Shown one piece after another: positions 17,203 to 23,847 of a stretch of DNA of 23,847 nucleotides. This DNA is from Fidelibacterota bacterium (GTDB lineage: Bacteria > Fidelibacterota > Marinisomatia > Marinisomatales > TCS55). Every line of letters begins with the position of its first letter. Position 1 is the first letter of the stretch. The notes beneath the pieces are model-generated. The model ran no database searches. It had not been told where the DNA came from and saw only the letters and a program-made list of their open reading frames with translations. The stretch spans positions 1 to 23,847 of the forward strand of contig JBHHTW010000033.1 in NCBI GenBank assembly GCA_046861385.1, in the 5' to 3' direction. The translations under genes were made by a program, and so were the position numbers.

Positions 17203-18165
17203 TTACTCTTTATAAATCCTAACGATTAAATCTCCACCATTTAAGTAATATCCCCGATACATTCCCTTTGTATTAAATGGCATGGCAATATTTCCTTTTC
17301 TGTCCATTGCGATCACTCCTCCGGTGCCTCCCCTTTTCGTAAGTTTTGCAATTACAGATTGGGCAGCTTTCTGAACCGTTTTCTGTTCATACTCCATTTG
17401 GGCGGCGATATCATAAGCCACGCTGCCCCGGATGAAATATTCACCCTGTCCTGTTCCTGAAACACCGCATGTTTCATTGTTGGCATACGTTCCGGCGCCG
17501 ATAATTGGCGAATCTCCCACACGTCCCCACATTTTATTTGTAAGTCCTCCGGTGGATGTACCTGCTGCTACATTGCCATTTTTATCAAGAGCCACGCAGC
17601 CCACGGTCCCATGTTTTTCAGCCTCTTTTTCTTTAACCTTCATCAATGATTTAAATCGCTCCTCTGTCTGGAAATACGTATTAGGAACAATATCCAAACC
17701 TTGTTCCCTGGCAAAAGCATCTGCCCCTTCGCCGGATAATAGTACATGCCATGTTTCTTCCATGACTTTCCTGGCTGCTGAAATTGGATTTTTCACCGTT
17801 TTTACTCCTGCAACAGCACCAGCCTTCATTGTATTCCCATCCATAATTGAAGCATCTAATTCATTGGTTCCAGCGCTGGTAAAGACAGCACCTTTACCAG
17901 CATTAAATAAAGGTGAATTTTCCATAATTTTGATCGTGGCTTCTACAGCATCTATGCTTGATCCGCCTTTGTCTAAAATATCATAACCAATTTTTAATGC
18001 TTCTGTTAGTTTGTTCAAATAGACAGTTTCTTTTTCAGAACTCATATTCTCTTTTGTGATCGTACCGGCGCCGCCATGAATAACCAATCCAAAAATGGTT
18101 CGATCCGTACGATCGTTGCAGGAAAACAAAAATAGAATAAAGGTCATTATGAGATATTTTTTCAT
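17203..18165 (-). CDS. iaaA: Isoaspartyl peptidase / L-asparaginase (type 2, Ntn hydrolase), with a lipoprotein signal
   Basis: IHGGAG, FNAGKG, ELDASIMDG, HG|TVG autocleavage Thr, TSTGG, GRVGDSPIIGAG, TGQGE; N-terminal LFS-C. Confidence 0.92.
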   Translation of the reverse strand: MKKYLIMTFILFLFSCNDRTDRTIFGLVIHGGAGTITKENMSSEKETVYLNKLTEALKIGYDILDKGGSSIDAVEATIKIMENSPLFNAGKGAVFTSAGTNELDASIMDGNTMKAGAVAGVKTVKNPISAARKVMEETWHVLLSGEGADAFAREQGLDIVPNTYFQTEERFKSLMKVKEKEAEKHGTVGCVALDKNGNVAAGTSTGGLTNKMWGRVGDSPIIGAGTYANNETCGVSGTGQGEYFIRGSVAYDIAAQMEYEQKTVQKAAQSVIAKLTKRGGTGGVIAMDRKGNIAMPFNTKGMYRGYYLNGGDLIVRIYKE

Positions 18166-18788
18166 GACAATTTTTTCTTCATTTCATTCAAAATAGAATC
18201 CAGCTTTTCCTTATCCTCAAAAATATTGAACCGATCGGTTTCTATAATGAAAACGGGAATATCATCGATTGATTCCACCCAGCGATTGTAAGTAACATTC
18301 AGACTGTGTAAATATTCCGGATCGATGGTCTTTTCATAATCCCGGGAACGCCCAGCTATTCGAGTCAATAATGTATCAGTGGATGCTTTCAAATACACGA
18401 TCAAATCCGGTTTCCGGAGATAGGAAGTCATAACCTTGAAAAGATCTCTGTAGTTTGCCCAGTCCCGATCGTCCATAAAACCCATTTTGAATAAGTTTCG
18501 GGCGAAAATTTCTACATCTTCGTAGATTGTTCTATCTTGGATTACGCCCCCATTTGAATGACTCATTTCAAAATGTGACTGGAACCGTTTATGTAAAAAA
18601 TAAATTTGCAGATTAAAACTCCATCGGGACATATCCGTATAAAAATCTTCTAAATATGGATTGTCATCCACTGATTCATAATATGGCGTCCAACCGAGTT
18701 TTGCTGATACAATTTCTGTAAAAGTTGTTTTTCCGACACCGATATTTCCGGCTAATCCTACAAATGGATGATTATTCAATTGGTTCAT
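18162..18788 (-). CDS. Deoxynucleoside kinase (dCK/dGK family)
   Basis: GNIGVGKTT P-loop, NPYLEDFY...WSFNLQIYFL..R, QDRTIYED, PDLIVYL, RI..R.R.YE. 4 bp overlap with the iaaA start. Confidence 0.93.
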   Translation of the reverse strand: MNQLNNHPFVGLAGNIGVGKTTFTEIVSAKLGWTPYYESVDDNPYLEDFYTDMSRWSFNLQIYFLHKRFQSHFEMSHSNGGVIQDRTIYEDVEIFARNLFKMGFMDDRDWANYRDLFKVMTSYLRKPDLIVYLKASTDTLLTRIAGRSRDYEKTIDPEYLHSLNVTYNRWVESIDDIPVFIIETDRFNIFEDKEKLDSILNEMKKKLS

Positions 18789-18939
18789 CTTTCTTTTTAT
18801 TGATTTATGGGTGCGATAACTTATCTCCTTTCGGAGGGATTTTTTGATTGAAGAATTAATTTTATTCTCGTTTATCTTCGTCCTTTATTCTATGCATTGA
18901 GTCATTTTGCTCGCCATATTGAATGAAATACATTGGAGA

Positions 18940-20811
18940 CTATTTATTCACAATCAATTTTTCCTGTTCTTCCATCAAATCTAAATATTCATTCTCCAAT
19001 TGAGTCATATTTTTCAATGCTTTTTGAAGTATTTCATAATCATCAATATGTTGAGGGTTTGTGGTGATTGAACGTTCGGTTTCTAGTTTATTTTCTATTA
19101 TTTTGAGTTTTTTATCAATCGTTGCCAATCGACTTTGCCGCTTTTTTCGCTCCTGGTATTCCAATTTATTTTTTGAAGGCAATTTTTGTTTTTTCTTTAA
19201 AGGCTGGTTTGATTTTTCTCCATTTTTCTTCCAGGTGTAATAATCATAGTTACCTTCAAACAAACGGACTCCTCCGTGACCGACTTCACAGGTTAAATTT
19301 GTAATATTATTCAAAAAATGTCGGTCATGTGAAATGCATACAATAGACCCTGTAAACTGAACCAGTGCTTTTTCCACAATATTTCGGGTAACGATATCCA
19401 AGTGGTTCGTGGGTTCATCCAGCAAAAGTAAGTGTGCGGGTTTTACCAGCATACGCGCTAAGGCCAATCGAGCCTTCTCTCCCCCGGAAAGAACTTTGAC
19501 AAATTTCTCAATTGTATCACCGGAAAATATAAAACTACCCAAATAGGATCGTATTTCTTGTTCGCTCCAACCGGAACTGACTGTTCTGATAGACTCATAC
19601 ACTGTTTCATTGGGATTTAATATTTCCAATTGATGCTGTGCATAATAGGCTTTTGTCACATTCGCACCAACGCGGACAGCTCCACTTGTCACATTTTCTA
19701 CCCCGGCTAATAGTTTTAATAATGTTGATTTCCCTGCCCCATTATGCCCCACAAGTCCAATTTTTTGTCCTCGATCAACAGATAGATTCATTTGATTAAA
19801 CACTTCAATATCGTTGTAATGTTTACTCACATTCCGGCAGGATACAACAGTCAAAGGCGAACGGCTTGGCTGGGGTAAATTCAGATTCATTCCGTGGTTC
19901 TGTTCAGTGGGGGCTTCGATCTTTTTCATTTTTTCAAGCATCTTTATCCGGCTTTGTACTTGAGTTGCTTTTGTATTTTTGTATCGAAATCGTTCTATAA
20001 ACCGTTCAGTATCTTTGATCTGTTTTTGCTGATTGCGATAGGCCGCCTGATGCTGTTCATTTCGAAGTGCTTTCTCTTGTCTGTAACTAGAGTAATTCCC
20101 TCGGAACAACGTCACTTTTTTCATATCAATTTCGAGAATTTGATTCACCGACTTATCTAAAAATATTCTGTCATGACTAATGATGACCAATCCTCCTTTC
20201 CACTTAGATAAAAATAATTCAAGCCAGATGGTCGCCTCCAAGTCCAAATGATTTGTCGGCTCGTCAAGCAATAATATCTCCGGTTCTTGTAATAAAATCG
20301 CAGCCAATGCAACCCGCATTCTCCAACCGCCGCTAAACACATCTAAAGTCTCTGTAAATTGCTTTTCCGTGAATCCAAGCCCGGAAAGAATTTGCTTTGC
20401 CTTTTCCTCCAAAGTCCATCCACCCAAAGATTCGAATCGATTTTGTAAAGAACCCAGCTTGTCAATTAATTTTGTATTCTCAGGATTTTTGGCAATTTCG
20501 CTTGCTAAAGAGTGAATCTGAATTTCCAAATCACCTACTTCAGGATAATTCGCCATTGTTTCTTCCAAAATGGTGCGATGGGTTTTAATGACTATATCCT
20601 GAGGAAGATAACCAATCGTGGTAGACTTCTCGATTTGTACCGTTCCGGAATCAGGTGATTCTTTTTCAAGCATCATTTTAAGCAAAGTGGTTTTTCCGGA
20701 CCCATTGGGTCCAACCAGCCCCACACGCATACCACGCTTGATGTAATAATTTACTCCTCTAAATAATTCTCCATCCGGAAAGCTTTTGGATATGTTTTCA
20801 AGTCGAATCAT
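18940..20811 (-). CDS. ABC-F family ribosome-associated ATPase
   Basis: Two ABC cassettes (GPNGSGKTT / FSGGWRMR / LLLDEPTNHLD and GHNGAGKST / LSGGEKAR / LLLDEPTNHLD), an interdomain linker, a coiled-coil C-terminus and no TM segments. Confidence 0.95.
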   Translation of the reverse strand: MIRLENISKSFPDGELFRGVNYYIKRGMRVGLVGPNGSGKTTLLKMMLEKESPDSGTVQIEKSTTIGYLPQDIVIKTHRTILEETMANYPEVGDLEIQIHSLASEIAKNPENTKLIDKLGSLQNRFESLGGWTLEEKAKQILSGLGFTEKQFTETLDVFSGGWRMRVALAAILLQEPEILLLDEPTNHLDLEATIWLELFLSKWKGGLVIISHDRIFLDKSVNQILEIDMKKVTLFRGNYSSYRQEKALRNEQHQAAYRNQQKQIKDTERFIERFRYKNTKATQVQSRIKMLEKMKKIEAPTEQNHGMNLNLPQPSRSPLTVVSCRNVSKHYNDIEVFNQMNLSVDRGQKIGLVGHNGAGKSTLLKLLAGVENVTSGAVRVGANVTKAYYAQHQLEILNPNETVYESIRTVSSGWSEQEIRSYLGSFIFSGDTIEKFVKVLSGGEKARLALARMLVKPAHLLLLDEPTNHLDIVTRNIVEKALVQFTGSIVCISHDRHFLNNITNLTCEVGHGGVRLFEGNYDYYTWKKNGEKSNQPLKKKQKLPSKNKLEYQERKKRQSRLATIDKKLKIIENKLETERSITTNPQHIDDYEILQKALKNMTQLENEYLDLMEEQEKLIVNK

Positions 20812-20894
20812 TTACTGGTTTGTCGTAGAGACTACAGAGTATTCATAGTTAGATTTTTACAATTCTTAAGTCAAATATGCTCCGCATCTTTAAC

Positions 20895-21473
20895 TCAAGT
20901 CTTGCTTTCATTTGAGAATAAATAATTTGCGATTTCTTTATCATCAAAATTCTCGATATATTTTTTATACGTTTCAGCCTTTCTGAAATAGTGCAGCAGT
21001 AATTCATCATCAAATAATATTCCATTACGGATTCCAATCCATTCATGATAATTTGAAAACTCCCAATCTTCCGCCTTCCCTACTAATCCGGCTCTAATGG
21101 GGTTCCGATGAATGTACGGACAAATATCGACGAGATATTCTTCGCTGTTTATCTTTTTATGCTGAAGCTTATTGGCAAACAATTTTCCTCTACGCTTATA
21201 TTTTGAATTAAAATGCAATGCATATGATAGAATGAACCGATTAAACACGTCGTAAATTGGTCGAGAACTATTTTGTTTAATACAAAAGTGAAAATGATTT
21301 GGCATCAGACAATATGCAAAAATGGATAATTCATCCGGGAAATAATTTTTCTTCAGTTTCTTTAAGAAATAATGATAATCGTCCTGATCGTAAAACAGGT
21401 CAATTTCATCTACTGAATGATTATAAATGTGGAAGAGAACTCCTTCTACAAATTCTTCTTTATTACATCGCAT
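20895..21473 (-). mobile_element. REP-associated tyrosine transposase (RAYT, Y1 HUH / IS200-like)
   Basis: HIYN, AYCLMPNHFH (HUH), Y...FN.KYKR.GKLF, YIHRNPIRAGLV (catalytic Tyr), WEFSNY. Stand-alone gene without tnpB. Confidence 0.88.
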
Positions 21474-21621
21474 TATTTTCTATTAACTAAAATTCTTTAC
21501 CTCAATTCTAAACCCACGTCTTGCTAATCAAACTTAATAAGACTTGACTTAATAGCGAAGCTTTGAGTTAAGGATGATGGCGATTCTCAATCCATTTATC
21601 GAGTATTAACCGCTAAATTAT

Positions 21622-22917
21622 CTATAATAATTGACCATAAACAACCGAACCGTGATTTTCAATAAGTTCGACATTTTCAATTGTATTGATAAGATCGATT
21701 TCTCCTTCGACTTGGGCCTGAATATAATTATCTGTATGCCCAAGGATTCTCCCATTTTTCATGGTTTCAAATAATACCGGGCGATTCTTCCCAATAAATT
21801 GCTCATGAAAATACCGCTGTTTTTTATCTGAAAGAATATGAAGCATTTTACTGCGCTTTGCTCTCACTTCTTTGGGTACGGCAGCATTTAGATCAATTGC
21901 GTCTGTATCGGGTCGCTCCGAGTAAGTAAACACATGGAGATAGGAAATATCCAATTCATTTAGAAAATGATATGTGTCCAGAAAATCTTCATCCGTTTCA
22001 ACAGGGAAACCAACAATAACGTCCACACCAATACAGGCATCCGGAATGAATTTCTTGATTCTTGCGACCCGGTCTTCGAACAATCTCCGTTTATACCTCC
22101 GGCGCATGGTACTCAATATTTTATCCGAACCCGATTGAAGGGGGATGTGAAAATGAGGCATAAATTTTTGTGAAGCAGCACAGAACTCAATGATTTCATC
22201 GGTCAATAAATTGGGTTCAATTGAAGAAATCCGAATGCGTTCAATTCCATCCAGTGTGTCCAATTGTTGAATAAGATCGAAAAAGGTTTCATCGGTACCA
22301 TTGCCAAAATCCCCAATATTAGTGCCTGTAAGTACAATCTCTCGCGTACCAGATTGGGATACTTTTTGAGCAGTTTTCATGGTATTGGCAATGGTATCAC
22401 TCCTGCTGGCCCCCCTAGCCAACGGTATAGTGCAAAATGAACATGTATAATCACAACCATCTTGGATTTTTAAAAATGATCTTGTCCGCTCACCGGATGA
22501 AAAGGAAGGTTTGAATTTATGAACATGGTCTATGTCGGACTGAACTACTTTGGCAGAACCATTGGTTTCCAGAGTAGACAAATGGTCAAGTAAATTGAAT
22601 TTTTCTTCAGTCCCAAGCACCAGGTCCACACCATCAATTGCGGCAATATCGTTTGGTTTCAACTGGGCGTAACATCCAATCACCGCAATGGATGAAGATG
22701 GATTTCTCCTTTTGACAGAGCGAATAAGTTTACGGGCTTCTTTATCCGCATTTTCAGTGACTGAGCACGTATTAAAAACATAAATATCCGCTTCATCCCG
22801 GTAATCCACCTTTTCAAATCCATGACGAATAAAGTCGCGAGAGATGGTTGCGGTCTCTGAGAAGTTCAGTTTGCATCCCAATGTTTGGAATGCAACACGT
22901 TTAGTGGGTGTACTCAT
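21622..22917 (-). CDS. mtaB: tRNA t6A37 methylthiotransferase (radical SAM)
   Basis: UPF0004 domain (TLGCKLN, NTCSVT..A, GCYAQ), TRSFLKIQDGCDYTCSFCTIP.ARG, RIRISSIEP, LHVFTYSER, GHTDNY. Confidence 0.93.
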   Translation of the reverse strand: MSTPTKRVAFQTLGCKLNFSETATISRDFIRHGFEKVDYRDEADIYVFNTCSVTENADKEARKLIRSVKRRNPSSSIAVIGCYAQLKPNDIAAIDGVDLVLGTEEKFNLLDHLSTLETNGSAKVVQSDIDHVHKFKPSFSSGERTRSFLKIQDGCDYTCSFCTIPLARGASRSDTIANTMKTAQKVSQSGTREIVLTGTNIGDFGNGTDETFFDLIQQLDTLDGIERIRISSIEPNLLTDEIIEFCAASQKFMPHFHIPLQSGSDKILSTMRRRYKRRLFEDRVARIKKFIPDACIGVDVIVGFPVETDEDFLDTYHFLNELDISYLHVFTYSERPDTDAIDLNAAVPKEVRAKRSKMLHILSDKKQRYFHEQFIGKNRPVLFETMKNGRILGHTDNYIQAQVEGEIDLINTIENVELIENHGSVVYGQLL

Positions 22918-23039
22918 AAAATTTTAGGGGCGGAATTTAACGAATATACCTTTACCGCCAATTGAACTGATTGAGTATATAATATGCACTTTTCTGCATT
23001 TTCCCAGTAAATACGGTTATATAATATGCTGGATAAATA

Positions 23040-23639
23040 ATGAGAATATTATTGATTAGTCTATTGTTGTTGTCCATAACCTTGGCTGAAGGAATAGCCA
23101 ATGATCTATTTGTTTCGTTGAATTATGGATCAATTAGAACTTTATTAAACGATCACTTCGTTCGTGAAGAACCTCAGTTTACAGATTATTATGAATTGGA
23201 AGTTGGTCGTGAATTTAACAGCGGTGAAAACTACTCGTCTCTTTATCTTGCATATTGGGATGATTGTTTAACAAAACCTCTCGAAATAATGGATGCAATA
23301 ACTTACTCCAATAGTTCAGTTATTATTGGTGGTCGTTTCGGTATGATAAACCCTCTGCTTCCAAAATATTTGAATGTAAAAGCGAATCTATTTTTTGGAC
23401 TTGCACATAATTTTGTAAAGGGGACACCTATCGGTGGATTAGATTATGGTGGCTTACCGGGAGAAAAATACTCTAGAAATTTAAATACAATTGAAGTGGG
23501 TTTGGATTTGACTTATAACATCTATGGTCCATTCAAAATCCTAACAGGAATTCAAGGAATTCGACAAATTAGTGATTGTGACTTTGGGTTTGAGCCAACA
23601 AGGAGTGCTTTCAAAATTGGGTTAGTTTATTCTCGATAA
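23040..23639 (+). CDS. Secreted hypothetical protein, possible small outer-membrane beta-barrel
   Basis: Signal peptide (…ITLA|EG) and alternating hydrophobic, Gly/Tyr-rich strands (IEVGLDLTY, FKIGLVY) over about 200 aa. Confidence 0.65.
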   Translation: MRILLISLLLLSITLAEGIANDLFVSLNYGSIRTLLNDHFVREEPQFTDYYELEVGREFNSGENYSSLYLAYWDDCLTKPLEIMDAITYSNSSVIIGGRFGMINPLLPKYLNVKANLFFGLAHNFVKGTPIGGLDYGGLPGEKYSRNLNTIEVGLDLTYNIYGPFKILTGIQGIRQISDCDFGFEPTRSAFKIGLVYSR

Positions 23640-23847
23640 ATTGCTTGAATTAGTCAACCTGCCAACTGGTTTCAATAATATCTTTATTTGGTTTTATTTA
23701 TCTTCATTTTCTGTGTGCTCTACGACTTTTCGGTTTTTGGCTAAAGCCGAAACGTAGATTCCATTAAAAATTGTTTTTCCCCATCCTACGGCTTGTGTAC
23801 TTTTTTTCATGGACTCACAGGAAAAAATTAACACCCTGCGCAAAATA

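Noticed and set aside
17432-17986. 184 aa plus-strand ORF, and similar ORFs opposite or within susC, susD, gcvP, the ABC-F gene, mtaB and 5624-6202
   Set aside because: Antisense or alternate-frame shadows of well-supported genes.

Overview
AT-rich bacterial chromosomal segment. The SusC/SusD pair and overall gene content suggest an FCB-group organism, possibly Marinimicrobia-like; this is inference only. From left to right: the 3' end of an unknown CDS; a HicA/HicB-like toxin-antitoxin pair; a compact queC-queE-queD-queF (preQ1/queuosine) operon with a CX14CX2C-type QueE; tRNA-Lys(UUU) and its terminator; then an accessory stretch containing a ~190 bp compositionally odd non-coding segment with a decayed tRNA-like trace, a DUF3179-like pseudogene fragment, an Ig-like + FGE-sulfatase (CLec-fold) lipoprotein whose last ~50 codons resemble a diversity-generating-retroelement variable region, a secreted hypothetical protein and a Cys-loop membrane protein. 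Further on: a saccharopine/lysine dehydrogenase-family gene, a cluster of REP-like palindromes, a susC-susD pair, gcvP, a Phd/YefM-VapC TA pair with a triple-TGTACA operator, an isoaspartyl peptidase, a deoxynucleoside kinase, an ABC-F ATPase, a REP-associated tyrosine transposase with degenerate inverted flanks, mtaB, and a putative outer-membrane protein. No CRISPR array, rRNA, integrase or reverse transcriptase is visible. All family assignments come from motif recognition by eye, not database searches.
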